Positions 1 to 7,847 of a DNA stretch of 64,000 nt are shown one piece after another. Location of the stretch: sequence record KX828711, one strand, 5' to 3'. Source of the DNA: Shigella phage SH7. The position numbers and the translations under genes are program-made. Every line of letters starts with the position of its first letter. Position 1 is the first letter of the stretch. Under the pieces are notes generated by a model. It made no database searches. It saw only the letters and a list, made by a program, of their open reading frames with translations, and was not told the origin of the DNA.

Positions 1-309
1 ATAATCGTCGTTTAAATAACAGACCGTCCATTCAGGAGAAACAAAATCAGTAAATTCAACGTCAAAATCGCATGTTAATAAATGAATTGATTCAATACTG
101 TTAATAAGTATTCCAGGACGTATTAAAGATTTTTTACCTCTAGAAAATCTTCCAGAAAGACTTTCATCAGTTTCATATGAAGAACCCCAATAATAATTAC
201 GTCCTTCTGCCATACGTTTAAGAGCATTTAATAATTGGTCTGGAACATCAACCTGTCTTTGGAACTCTTCAAACATTGAATTGAAATCACTTTGCATTTT
301 CATTTTCAT
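1..309 (-). CDS. hypothetical protein, N-terminal part only (gene runs off the window start)
   Basis: Minus-strand frame open from ATG near 307-309 (MKMKMQSDFNSMFEEF...) to position 1 with no stop; GGAG-like RBS upstream. Confidence 0.45.
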   Translation of the reverse strand, partial: MKMKMQSDFNSMFEEFQRQVDVPDQLLNALKRMAEGRNYYWGSSYETDESLSGRFSRGKKSLIRPGILINSIESIHLLTCDFDVEFTDFVSPEWTVCYLNDDY

Positions 310-328
310 TCCTATTTACTCCAAGTAA

Positions 329-346
329 TAGGGGCCGAAGCCCCTT
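329..346 (-). terminator. hairpin GGGGCCGAAGCCCC-type, likely terminator after ORF 351..944
   Basis: GC stem with CGAA loop directly 3' of the minus-strand ORF; same hairpin recurs near 40683 and 61163. Confidence 0.4.
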
Positions 347-350
347 ATCA

Positions 351-944
351 TTATTTCAGAGAATTAATGTATTCCTGAACATCAGCAGAGGTAGTTTCAA
401 CCCCAGAAATATTACCGTTAAAGGTTTCAACTCGAGCAAGAGTATCTTCAATATCAACCTTAGTCAGTGCTGCAATTTCAACTACATCATCAGCAGTACT
501 AATTCCGAGGGCATTCGCGGCGCGAGTTTCACGGATATATTCCAATTTAACTGCAAGTTCTTGGCGAGCATCATCTAACTCAACTACTTTCTTGGCGATT
601 TCAATTCGCATTTCAGCATAACCATCAGCTTTAGTAGTTAACTGCTCAGCTGTTCGACGATATAGTAAACCGAGTTTAGCATGCATTGTTACATCTTGAC
701 CTTCGGAAAGAAGCTTGCGAATTTCACGCTCTTTTGATTCGGCCTGTCGATTCTTTTCGACAATAAGTTCACGAATACGCTTTTCTTCATTAATAGATTT
801 AACAGAAGCAGTTTTTAGATCTTTAATCTTATCAAGTAGTTTTGCTGCCGCAGCAGTATACTGTTCTTCAACAGATAGATTTTTAGCCATAGCAGAACCA
901 AGTTTAGTGCGAATAAACTCAACAATTTTCTTCAGTGTGTTCAT
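351..944 (-). CDS. hypothetical alpha-helical coiled-coil protein (197 aa)
   Basis: ORF track; AAGGA RBS; T4-type early promoter-like element upstream; charged heptad-like sequence throughout. Confidence 0.6.
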   Translation of the reverse strand: MNTLKKIVEFIRTKLGSAMAKNLSVEEQYTAAAAKLLDKIKDLKTASVKSINEEKRIRELIVEKNRQAESKEREIRKLLSEGQDVTMHAKLGLLYRRTAEQLTTKADGYAEMRIEIAKKVVELDDARQELAVKLEYIRETRAANALGISTADDVVEIAALTKVDIEDTLARVETFNGNISGVETTSADVQEYINSLK

Positions 945-970
945 AGTATTTCCTTAGGTTGGTATAATTA

Positions 971-1000
971 GATAATATCACGTTTCTAATAGATTGTAAA
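971..1000 (-). promoter_or_regulatory. T4-type early promoter-like element (GTTTACA, 17-nt spacer, TGnTATTAT)
   Basis: Minus strand reads GTTTACA then 17 nt then TATTAT preceded by TG, about 25 nt upstream of the ORF 351..944 start. Confidence 0.45.
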
Positions 1001-1001
1001 C

Positions 1002-1337
1002 TTATTCTTCGTCTAGCTCGTCGATAAAGGCGTCGATGGCCTCGACAACGGCATCATTGATAGCCAATAAAATAAAATCATCGTCAGTACCTTTAGAAGA
1101 TTCTAAAGCATTGATATATGCTTGGTTGGCGAGTTCCCAAGCCTTTTTAAAATAAGGAGCTTCATCATCGGGGCCAACGAAACGCACGCCTTCAAAGATA
1201 CGGTTAGCATAATCCAATACCCACTGTACAGGCATGTTTTGAGAACGTTCGTTAAACTCTTTAAATTCCTTAGATTCAAAAAGCTCTTCAGGATAATCAT
1301 TTCTATTACAAAAAGCTTTACTAAAGTTACGTTTCAT
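1002..1337 (-). CDS. hypothetical protein (111 aa, acidic C-terminus)
   Basis: ORF track; own early promoter-like element at 1363-1392. Confidence 0.55.
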   Translation of the reverse strand: MKRNFSKAFCNRNDYPEELFESKEFKEFNERSQNMPVQWVLDYANRIFEGVRFVGPDDEAPYFKKAWELANQAYINALESSKGTDDDFILLAINDAVVEAIDAFIDELDEE

Positions 1338-1362
1338 AATGTTTTCCTTGTGATGATAAGTC

Positions 1363-1392
1363 TATAGTAACGCCTTCATACTTAGATGTAAA
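1363..1392 (-). promoter_or_regulatory. T4-type early promoter-like element
   Basis: Minus strand GTTTACA, 17-nt spacer, TACTAT. Confidence 0.45.
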
Positions 1393-1546
1393 CTATTTCA
1401 ACATCGCCTTTTGCTGCTTTATAACCTTCAGCCCAAGATACAACCGAGTTTTTATCTGAAGATTCAAATTCTGGCATTGGGCTTTCGCCAATGTTCACGC
1501 AGTATGTTTCTTCATTTTCGTCGAACCAAATAATTAAAGTAGTCAT
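1382..1546 (-). CDS. small hypothetical protein (54 aa)
   Basis: Hand-translated minus-strand ORF MTTLIIWFDENEETYCVNIG... with GGAG RBS; below the 60-aa ORF-track cutoff. Confidence 0.35.
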   Translation of the reverse strand: MTTLIIWFDENEETYCVNIGESPMPEFESSDKNSVVSWAEGYKAAKGDVEIVYI

Positions 1547-1583
1547 TTATTTCTCCGTTTCTGTATTTGTTTTGATAAGTCTA

Positions 1584-1612
1584 TAATAACACCATCCTTG
1601 GTGTTTGTACAC
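1584..1612 (-). promoter_or_regulatory. early promoter-like element (weaker -35 TGTACA, -10 TATTAT)
   Basis: 17-nt spacing between TGTACA and TATTAT on minus strand upstream of the 54-aa ORF. Confidence 0.3.
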
Positions 1613-1614
1613 AA

Positions 1615-1878
1615 TTATTTCATATTATTGAAATATTCTTCTGCGATTTCGTCGTTATCATGGTAAACTTTAGAAGACAGTTTAACATAACCTTCAGCAG
1701 TGAACATGTTAATCACAACCTTTACAGTATACCACTGACCGTCTTCATTACCCATTACTGCGTAAGTTTCAAACATCGGATGATCAGGACCGATAACTTT
1801 AATATCATTCACTGTACGACCGAAATCTTCTGAAACGCATTTCATAAAGAAGTTGAACAGTTCGCCGTAATTATCCAT
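1615..1878 (-). CDS. hypothetical protein (87 aa; start moved to internal ATG)
   Basis: ORF-track frame 1615..1998, but an early promoter-like element lies inside its 5' part; ATG at 1878 (MDNYGELFNFF...) has a GGAG RBS. Confidence 0.5.
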   Translation of the reverse strand: MDNYGELFNFFMKCVSEDFGRTVNDIKVIGPDHPMFETYAVMGNEDGQWYTVKVVINMFTAEGYVKLSSKVYHDNDEIAEEYFNNMK

Positions 1879-1921
1879 TTCGTTCTCCAAGTTGTTTTCT
1901 GTATCAGTAGTTGATAGTTGT

Positions 1922-1951
1922 ATAGTACCATGGAAGAACAGGGATGTAAAC
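1922..1951 (-). promoter_or_regulatory. T4-type early promoter-like element
   Basis: Minus strand GTTTACA, 17 nt, TACTAT. Confidence 0.45.
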
Positions 1952-2057
1952 AGTTTTGTGAAAAAATTTTTAGGGAATTCTAGGGCGGAGAGGGGCAATT
2001 AAAAGGTAGGATAATATATTATAAAGGGTATAAACTAAATGATGCTTAGAGAGGCCC

Positions 2058-2105
2058 GGAAAGGCCTAGATACCAAAAAGCCCCAACCTTTCGGTCGGGG
2101 CTAAG
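2058..2105 (-). terminator. tandem hairpins then T-run: terminator downstream of ORF 2110..2583
   Basis: GAGGCCCGGAAAGGCCTC hairpin plus AGCCCCAACCTTTCGGTCGGGGCT hairpin, CTTTTT on minus strand. Confidence 0.55.
2074..2105. repeat. direct repeat copy A of a 30-nt terminator hairpin module (copy B at 2630-2660)
   Basis: CAAAAAGCCCCAACCTTTCGGTCGGGGCTAAG versus TAAAAAGCCCCAACCTTTCGGCTGGGGCTAAG, flanking the internal-protein-like gene. Confidence 0.6.
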
Positions 2106-2109
2106 AATG

Positions 2110-2583
2110 TTATTTGATTTGTTTAGCAGACCAAATGCGGTCTTTAATAATTTTTTGGATGTCTTCAACATACTCAAGAGAGTGAGCATGTGGGTTATCT
2201 TTGAAACTATAAGCACGAGCTAGCTTTTGGCCTTCAGTTTTGATTACTAAAAGCTCTTTAAGGATAGCTTCATATTTGGAGATAATTCCTTTAACAATAT
2301 TTTTTTCTTGTGCAGCTTTAGGATCTGCTTTAGGAGCAGGTTTACCCGAAGCCTTTGCAAAAGCAGCGCCAGTAGCAACTAGACTTTTCCAGGCCATACT
2401 AACCGCATTTCCTGTAAATCCTTCTGCTTTCATGTCGCGAGCAAATTGGAATCGCGATTCGTCAGAAGCATCTTTATAGGAATATTTACCCGCGGCAATG
2501 GCAGCTTTTGCAACAGCTTGAATTTCAGTGCTAGATGCTTCATTTAACACCGCTTCATTTAAAAATTGAGCATATGATTTCAT
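2110..2583 (-). CDS. internal-protein-like head protein with N-terminal capsid targeting sequence (157 aa)
   Basis: N-terminus MKSYAQFLNE resembles the T4 internal protein CTS (MK-T/S-Y-x-E/Q-F-I/L-x-E, gp21 cleavage after E); minus-strand TATAAATA late promoter and AGGAAA RBS upstream; Ala/Lys-rich basic body. Confidence 0.6.
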   Translation of the reverse strand: MKSYAQFLNEAVLNEASSTEIQAVAKAAIAAGKYSYKDASDESRFQFARDMKAEGFTGNAVSMAWKSLVATGAAFAKASGKPAPKADPKAAQEKNIVKGIISKYEAILKELLVIKTEGQKLARAYSFKDNPHAHSLEYVEDIQKIIKDRIWSAKQIK

Positions 2584-2619
2584 CTTATTTCCTGTTTTAA
2601 TTCGTGGTTTTAATATACT

Positions 2620-2627
2620 TATTTATA
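2620..2627 (-). promoter_or_regulatory. late promoter TATAAATA
   Basis: Exact TATAAATA on minus strand about 35 nt upstream of the ATG at 2583. Confidence 0.55.
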
Positions 2628-2629
2628 CT

Positions 2630-2660
2630 AAAAAGCCCCAACCTTTCGGCTGGGGCTAAG
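2630..2660 (-). terminator. hairpin AGCCCCAGCCGAAAGGTTGGGGCT then T-run (near-identical copy of 2074-2105)
   Basis: Stem-loop followed by TTTTT on minus strand; closes the noncoding stretch downstream of the tRNA operon. Confidence 0.55.
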
Positions 2661-2960
2661 CCTTGCGGCAACCTTGTCGGGGTTCCACCTGCTAAGGCAA
2701 GTGTTTGTACGAAACGCCGGGATTCGAACCCGGTTACCAAGCAGTTGACGCTACTCAATATTTTTAAAAGGCCATATCTCGACCATATCCGAACGTTCCG
2801 TCAAAAACGCTACTCGGCTTACGGCAAAGATATTTCCTCGAATCGATAATTCGGTGCGCCGTTTCTGCTGTGATATAAGGGGACATTAACAGATCGTAAA
2901 GATTTGTTAATGCCAGTCCTTAAACAGGGAACATCAGTCCGACGACTTACCGGTAGCGAC
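2661..2960 (-). ncRNA. structured noncoding region, possible small stable RNA(s) or tRNA relic
   Basis: About 300 nt with no credible ORF between the 116-aa ORF and a terminator; contains a canonical tRNA T-arm (CCGGGTTCGAATCCCGG) without a full cloverleaf, an 8-bp hairpin at about 2884-2912 and a repeated GAGTAGCGT motif. Confidence 0.35.
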
Positions 2961-2968
2961 CCGGTTTC

Positions 2969-3319
2969 TTAATATTCTTTTAAAGCATCAATCTGTTCAC
3001 GACGTTTACGCCATAAATCAATTGCTTCATACGCAGATTCAGCATTTCGAATTGGACGGCATTTATATAAAGACTTGTGATTTTGATATTGCGTAGATAA
3101 CGGAATTTTATCTAAAAGGTCTTTACGTTCAAAGTATTCGTAACCATCTAAGCCAAATGAACGATTTTTGAGAAATTGCCAATGACCATATTCGTTTTCG
3201 ACATAAACATAATCCGCGTGTTGATAAAGCAAATTAATTACACGTTCAGAAATAATAGTGTCATTGTGATTAAAATAAAATGTTAAATCATGAACTACTA
3301 AATAAACATTACCTTTCAT
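2969..3319 (-). CDS. hypothetical protein (116 aa) immediately downstream of tRNA-Arg
   Basis: ORF track; GAGGAAA RBS; no separate promoter, so probably co-transcribed with the tRNA operon. Confidence 0.55.
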   Translation of the reverse strand: MKGNVYLVVHDLTFYFNHNDTIISERVINLLYQHADYVYVENEYGHWQFLKNRSFGLDGYEYFERKDLLDKIPLSTQYQNHKSLYKCRPIRNAESAYEAIDLWRKRREQIDALKEY

Positions 3320-3335
3320 ATTTTCCTCACTTAAT

Positions 3336-3411
3336 TGGTCGAGGCAGTAGGGATCGAACCTACGACCTAGGACTTAGAAGGTCCTTGCTCTTCCTTCTGA
3401 GCTATGCCCCG
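3336..3411 (-). tRNA. tRNA-Arg (anticodon UCU)
   Basis: Hand-folded 76-nt cloverleaf: 7-bp acceptor stem, anticodon loop CUUCUAA, T-loop TTCGATC, CCA encoded. Confidence 0.8.
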
Positions 3412-3415
3412 TAAT

Positions 3416-3491
3416 TGGGGTGACCGATGGGAGTCGAACCCATGACTACGAGAATCACAATCTCGAGTTCTACCAACTGAACTACGGCCAC
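3416..3491 (-). tRNA. tRNA-His (anticodon GUG)
   Basis: 76-nt cloverleaf, anticodon loop UUGUGAU, discriminator C, CCA encoded; no encoded G at -1. Confidence 0.6.
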
Positions 3492-3604
3492 ATTAATACC
3501 TACTCCAACAATCAAGATGTCTTCACACGAAATTAAGAGAAGAGTGATCAGTTCAACCCCGATAATCGCGTCAAGTAGATATTAATGTGACAGTTGTCAC
3601 AAAT
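3492..3604 (-). other. 113-nt spacer inside the tRNA array with no cloverleaf; possible small stable RNA
   Basis: tRNA-sized gap between tRNA-Asn and tRNA-His; contains the inverted repeat TGTGACA-N2-TGTCACA next to the tRNA-Asn 3' end. Confidence 0.3.
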
Positions 3605-3680
3605 TTGGCGGACGTGATAGGATTCGAACCTATAACCAATCGCTTAACAGGCGATCGCTCTGCCATTGAGCTACACATCC
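3605..3680 (-). tRNA. tRNA-Asn (anticodon GUU)
   Basis: 76-nt cloverleaf, anticodon loop CUGUUAA, T-loop TTCGAAT, CCA encoded. Confidence 0.75.
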
Positions 3681-3684
3681 AAAT

Positions 3685-3771
3685 TGGTGGGGAGTGATGG
3701 AGTCGAACCACCCGAGTCGCAATGACAATGGATTTACAGTCCACACCGCTACCTCTACGGGATAACTCCCC
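3685..3771 (-). tRNA. tRNA-Tyr (anticodon GUA), long variable arm
   Basis: 87-nt type II cloverleaf, anticodon loop CUGUAAA, acceptor GGGGAGT/ACTCCCC, CCA encoded. Confidence 0.7.
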
Positions 3772-3784
3772 TTAATTCTTAATT

Positions 3785-3859
3785 TGGTGGCCCTAGGTGG
3801 AATTGAACCACCATCTGGCGATTATGAGTCGCTTGCTTGAACCTTCCAGCTACAGGGCC
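3785..3859 (-). tRNA. tRNA with CAU anticodon (Ile lysidine-type as in T4, or Met)
   Basis: 75-nt cloverleaf, anticodon loop CUCAUAA; sits at the position of T4 tRNA-Ile in the conserved order. Confidence 0.7.
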
Positions 3860-3860
3860 T

Positions 3861-3936
3861 TGGTGCTGATTGACGGAATCGAACCGCCGACCTTCTCATT
3901 ACAAGTGAGTTGCTCTACCTACTGAGCTAAATCAGC
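3861..3936 (-). tRNA. tRNA-Thr (anticodon UGU)
   Basis: 76-nt cloverleaf, anticodon loop CUUGUAA, CCA encoded. Confidence 0.8.
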
Positions 3937-3941
3937 AAAAC

Positions 3942-4031
3942 TGGCGGAGGCAATAGGATTTGAACCTATGAGTCGCCGGAGCGACTGCCGGTTTTCAAGA
4001 CCGGTGCATTAAACCACTCTGCCACGCCTCC
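3942..4031 (-). tRNA. tRNA-Ser (anticodon UGA), long variable arm
   Basis: 90-nt type II cloverleaf GGAGGCGTGGCAGAGTGG..., anticodon loop CUUGAAA; matches recalled T4 tRNA-Ser. Confidence 0.85.
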
Positions 4032-4033
4032 AG

Positions 4034-4107
4034 TCTCCATACAAGGATTTGAACCTTGGACCTCCTGATCCCAAATCAGGCGCTCTACCAAACTGAGCTA
4101 CACGGAG
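4034..4107 (-). tRNA. tRNA-Pro (anticodon UGG), CCA not encoded
   Basis: Cloverleaf CTCCGTGTAGCTCAGTTTGGTAGAGC..., anticodon loop UUUGGGA. Confidence 0.85.
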
Positions 4108-4117
4108 TAAATTAAAT

Positions 4118-4191
<74 letters not shown>

Positions 4192-4196
4192 AAATT

Positions 4197-4283
4197 TGGT
4201 GCGAGAAGTGGGACTCGAACCCACAAGGAAATCATTCCGCAGCATTTTAAGTGCTGTGCCTTTACCAATTTGACCATTCTCGC
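4197..4283 (-). tRNA. tRNA-Leu (anticodon UAA), long variable arm
   Basis: 87-nt type II cloverleaf GCGAGAATGGTCAAATTGG..., anticodon loop CUUAAAA, CCA encoded. Confidence 0.85.
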
Positions 4284-4284
4284 G

Positions 4285-4357
4285 CTGGGAATAAAGGACT
4301 CGAACCTTTGCATCCTGGAATCAAAATCCAGTGCCTTACCAACTTGGCTAATTCCCA
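4285..4357 (-). tRNA. tRNA-Gln (anticodon UUG), CCA not encoded
   Basis: Cloverleaf TGGGAATTAGCCAAGTTGG..., anticodon loop UUUUGAU. Confidence 0.85.
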
Positions 4358-4368
4358 ATTATTAACAA

Positions 4369-4386
4369 AGGCTCTTAAGCAAGAGC
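4369..4386 (-). other. hairpin GGCTCTT-AAGC-AAGAGCC between the middle promoter and the first tRNA
   Basis: 7-bp stem followed by T-rich run on minus strand; could terminate the upstream small-gene operon, attenuate, or mark a processing site. Confidence 0.35.
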
Positions 4387-4420
4387 CCTTGATGATAGAG
4401 GGTATTAATCAGTGCGATAT

Positions 4421-4458
4421 GAGTTAATAATAACAAATAATTCTTAAAGCATATTTAC
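4421..4458. repeat. repeat copy A of a 35-nt middle-promoter module (copy B at 63247-63285)
   Basis: 29 identical nt TTAATAATAACAAATAATTCTTAAAGCAT plus matching flanks at both loci. Confidence 0.6.
4427..4452 (-). promoter_or_regulatory. MotA-dependent middle promoter-like element upstream of the tRNA operon
   Basis: Minus strand TATGCTTTA (MotA box) then 12 nt then TATTAT; same module repeated upstream of gene 31. Confidence 0.5.
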
Positions 4459-4742
4459 CATTTATGATAATACATATTTACGATGCATTCAAGACCCAAA
4501 GGATTTTTGAAAATATCATATTCAAGAGGACCTTTTTCTGTTTCGATAAAGAAATCAAAATTTACTGTATTAAATTTACGGTCTTCCTTCACTAATTTAA
4601 CTTGTGAAGATGAACGGTCAATGTAAACCTTTTCAACTTCAAAATATGTTAAAATGCCATAATCATCAATCAAGGCTTTAGCTGCTTCTTGATCATATTT
4701 ATATCCATTTTCAATGGATGATACTTTCGCATAAAGAATCAT
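4455..4742 (-). CDS. hypothetical protein (95 aa from ATG; ORF-track start is a TTG two codons upstream)
   Basis: ORF track; in the variable tRNA-to-ipI interval. Confidence 0.5.
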   Translation of the reverse strand: MILYAKVSSIENGYKYDQEAAKALIDDYGILTYFEVEKVYIDRSSSQVKLVKEDRKFNTVNFDFFIETEKGPLEYDIFKNPLGLECIVNMYYHKW

Positions 4743-4744
4743 TA

Positions 4745-5125
4745 TCAACCTTCATCAACAATAGTATGCGTATTGGCATTTACAATTTGCCACCAATCAA
4801 AGCGATTAGAACCATAATCTGGTTTGTTTTCATTTTCTTTGATAATGTCACGGAGTTCATCTTCGGTAGCGGCTTTCGCTATTAAATCAGCATATCCACC
4901 ACGAGGATAATAATTATCACCTGCAAAAAGTAAAAAGTTTGGTTTAATGTTATTGAACTCTTCAAGAGTAATAACTTTTCCTGACGGTTGAACAATCTCT
5001 ACATATTTATATCCCAATTTTTGAGCAGCATCTACTGCTTCAAGCAAAGTATCATGAGCCCATCCAATTTGACAACCTGGCTTTTCAGATGGATTAGCCT
5101 GATAATCCGCATACACTTTATACAT
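4745..5125 (-). CDS. hypothetical protein (126 aa from ATG; ORF-track start is TTG)
   Basis: ORF track; ATG MYKVYADYQ... preceded by AGGTG RBS, 1 nt after the stop of the upstream ORF. Confidence 0.5.
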   Translation of the reverse strand: MYKVYADYQANPSEKPGCQIGWAHDTLLEAVDAAQKLGYKYVEIVQPSGKVITLEEFNNIKPNFLLFAGDNYYPRGGYADLIAKAATEDELRDIIKENENKPDYGSNRFDWWQIVNANTHTIVDEG

Positions 5126-5126
5126 T

Positions 5127-5312
5127 CTATTCACCTTTAGAAATTTTATCCATAACGATAGCAATTAAACCAATTAAAAATGCTACTACAAGTGAAAAAA
5201 CATTTTCTGCTGTAGTCAATAATCCGCATATAAATCCAACAAACATTGAAAAACTAAAAGCGGAAGCAGAAATTGCAATAGCAACATTTCGAATTAATTC
5301 ACAACGTTTCAT
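5127..5312 (-). CDS. small predicted membrane protein (61 aa)
   Basis: Two hydrophobic segments (AIAISASAFSFSMFVGFICGLL and VFSLVVAFLIGLIAIVM); GAGGAG RBS; early promoter-like element upstream. Confidence 0.5.
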   Translation of the reverse strand: MKRCELIRNVAIAISASAFSFSMFVGFICGLLTTAENVFSLVVAFLIGLIAIVMDKISKGE

Positions 5313-5340
5313 TTTATTCTCCTCGGTAGTTGATAGGGTA

Positions 5341-5370
5341 ATAGTATCACTACTAAAACCCTATGTAAAC
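5341..5370 (-). promoter_or_regulatory. T4-type early promoter-like element
   Basis: Minus strand GTTTACA, 17 nt, TGATACTAT. Confidence 0.45.
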
Positions 5371-5388
5371 AACTTTGTGAAATATTTA

Positions 5389-5676
5389 TTACAAAAGATT
5401 TTTAGCAATAATCTTGAGATGTGCCGCAGAAATGTGTTTAGCTTTAAACAACGCAGTTTCTTCAGCAGGAGAGATAATGATTGTAGCACCATCCTTTTTA
5501 GCAGACCACCCATCACCTAGGTAAACAGTACCTTTGATTTCTTCGCCATCAACCAAGCTAATCATTGGTTTACCTTCTCGTCCTTTATTTGCTTTAATAA
5601 CTTCAGAAGTAAGAGTAGCTTCAGTAATAGTAGAAACCGGGGTAGTTGTAGAAGTAAACTCTTTGAAAGTTTTCAT
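5389..5676 (-). CDS. ipI: internal protein I-like (95 aa) at the ipI locus, with CTS-like N-terminus
   Basis: Position between tRNAs and gene 57B, 95 aa as for T4 IPI precursor, N-terminus MKTFKEF...; identity to T4 IPI not verified. Confidence 0.65.
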   Translation of the reverse strand: MKTFKEFTSTTTPVSTITEATLTSEVIKANKGREGKPMISLVDGEEIKGTVYLGDGWSAKKDGATIIISPAEETALFKAKHISAAHLKIIAKNLL

Positions 5677-5708
5677 TTTTTATTTTCCTAATTAATTTTG
5701 ATGAGATA

Positions 5709-5738
5709 ATAGTATCACTACCTCATCAGCATGTAAAC
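5709..5738 (-). promoter_or_regulatory. T4-type early promoter-like element upstream of ipI
   Basis: Minus strand GTTTACA, 17 nt, TGATACTAT. Confidence 0.45.
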
Positions 5739-5750
5739 AACTTTGTGAAA

Positions 5751-6447
<697 letters not shown>

Positions 6448-6448
<1 letters not shown>

Positions 6449-7161
6449 TATAGTACCTTTAGTGTATTTTTAATTTTAGAAAAAAGTTCTTCAAGAGAAC
6501 CGTCGTTTGTAATTACTAAATCGCCATCACGAATTGGCAATCCAGCTTCTGTAATATGTGTATCATTGGATTTTTGACCAGGACGAACTACATGAATTAC
6601 TGTAGCACCCATCGCCCTAGCCGCATCCATTTCATGATCTTGACGAGTATCAGGAACGATATAATAATCATAACCTGAGTTAAATTTATCAAGATAATCT
6701 AAAGCAAATAATTTTACCCAATACATGCGGTCGAAGTTATTAACAATCAAATCCGTACCTAGGGCTTGCATCAGACGACGGACTGACCATTGATCTTCAA
6801 TATTATTTATAACGTCAGTAATCTTGTTAAATGCTACGAAATTAACTGCGTCATCAAAAACAAACACACCTTTAATTGGGCTTTTACTATTAAGATAGCA
6901 AAATGCTTGTTCCATAATCGTAATTACTTCTAATTTAGTCAGATTTAAATTAGTCTCACGATCATAGTTAATTCCTTCAAACTCTTTACGAGTTAAGCAA
7001 GGATAGTCAGTGTTTGCTGCAAATACACCCCATGCATAAGCCAATGCATCCTTAATAGGACCAGCAAGTTGATATTTAACTGCAGAATAATTATTCATGA
7101 TAAAATCTGCAGTAGTATCTTTTCCACTACGCTTTACACCACTTAAAAAGATTAGTTTCAT
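6448..7161 (-). CDS. 1: deoxynucleoside monophosphate kinase gp1
   Basis: P-loop-like GVKRSGKDT near N-terminus; size and position match T4 gene 1. Confidence 0.9.
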
Positions 7162-7186
7162 ATGTTTCTCCTCAAATTTAGTTAAG

Positions 7187-7212
7187 ATTATAACACATGA
7201 AACTGAAGCATT
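7187..7212 (-). promoter_or_regulatory. MotA-dependent middle promoter-like element for gene 1
   Basis: Minus strand AATGCTTCA then 11 nt then TATAAT, upstream of gene 1 ATG. Confidence 0.5.
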
Positions 7213-7741
7213 AAACTTCTGCTATAATTTTGCCATCTTTTTCTACTTGAAAATACGTATAAGGAATCGTTGCTGTGCATACTAAGGCTGGGTCTGAATC
7301 TTCTGTGTAGCTAAATTCTACTTCAGACAGGTCAGAAACCCAAGGCTTATAAAAGTTTATTGACATCACGATTTCAGTTTTACTATTATCTAAAATGTAA
7401 AGTGTAATGTATTCAGGACCTGTTTTTTGGGCAGTATTTTCGCCTGTAAGATAGTTACTAGTTCCTAGCATCCATTCATACATTCCTATCCATGACTTAA
7501 GCTCTTCATCAACTATAAATCTCACGATGAGTGGATCGTACTCAAATGTAACTCCTGGACGTTGTGCTCTGCCTAGTCCAAACGGCCCAGTCACGGTATC
7601 AGTAACAGGTATTCTAATTCCCGGAATAGGAACTGACTGAGCATTTAAAGTAAAAGCAGATGTAGTATTACTATGTGGTATTGATACTACAAAGTTAGTT
7701 GTATTTGCTTGGTTAAAAATTTGTTGCAGTGCTTGCGACAT
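7211..7741 (-). CDS. 3: gp3 tail completion / sheath stabiliser (176 aa from MSQALQQ...)
   Basis: ORF-track frame 7211..7822; start placed at the internal ATG with GAGGAA RBS, giving the T4 gp3 length. Confidence 0.8.
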   Translation of the reverse strand: MSQALQQIFNQANTTNFVVSIPHSNTTSAFTLNAQSVPIPGIRIPVTDTVTGPFGLGRAQRPGVTFEYDPLIVRFIVDEELKSWIGMYEWMLGTSNYLTGENTAQKTGPEYITLYILDNSKTEIVMSINFYKPWVSDLSEVEFSYTEDSDPALVCTATIPYTYFQVEKDGKIIAEV

Positions 7742-7847
7742 ATATTCCTCATAATGCTTTATAAATGTTGGTGGTATAATGGGTCTAAGTCCCTTCCATT
7801 CAATTCCAATTAGAACAAACAATAGAAAAGAATGGAAGATAATAGAA

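Noticed and set aside
2604-2849. Plus-strand 81-aa ORF in the noncoding region next to the tRNA operon
   Set aside because: No RBS, runs through terminator hairpins and the tRNA-like T-arm; the region is better explained as structured RNA.
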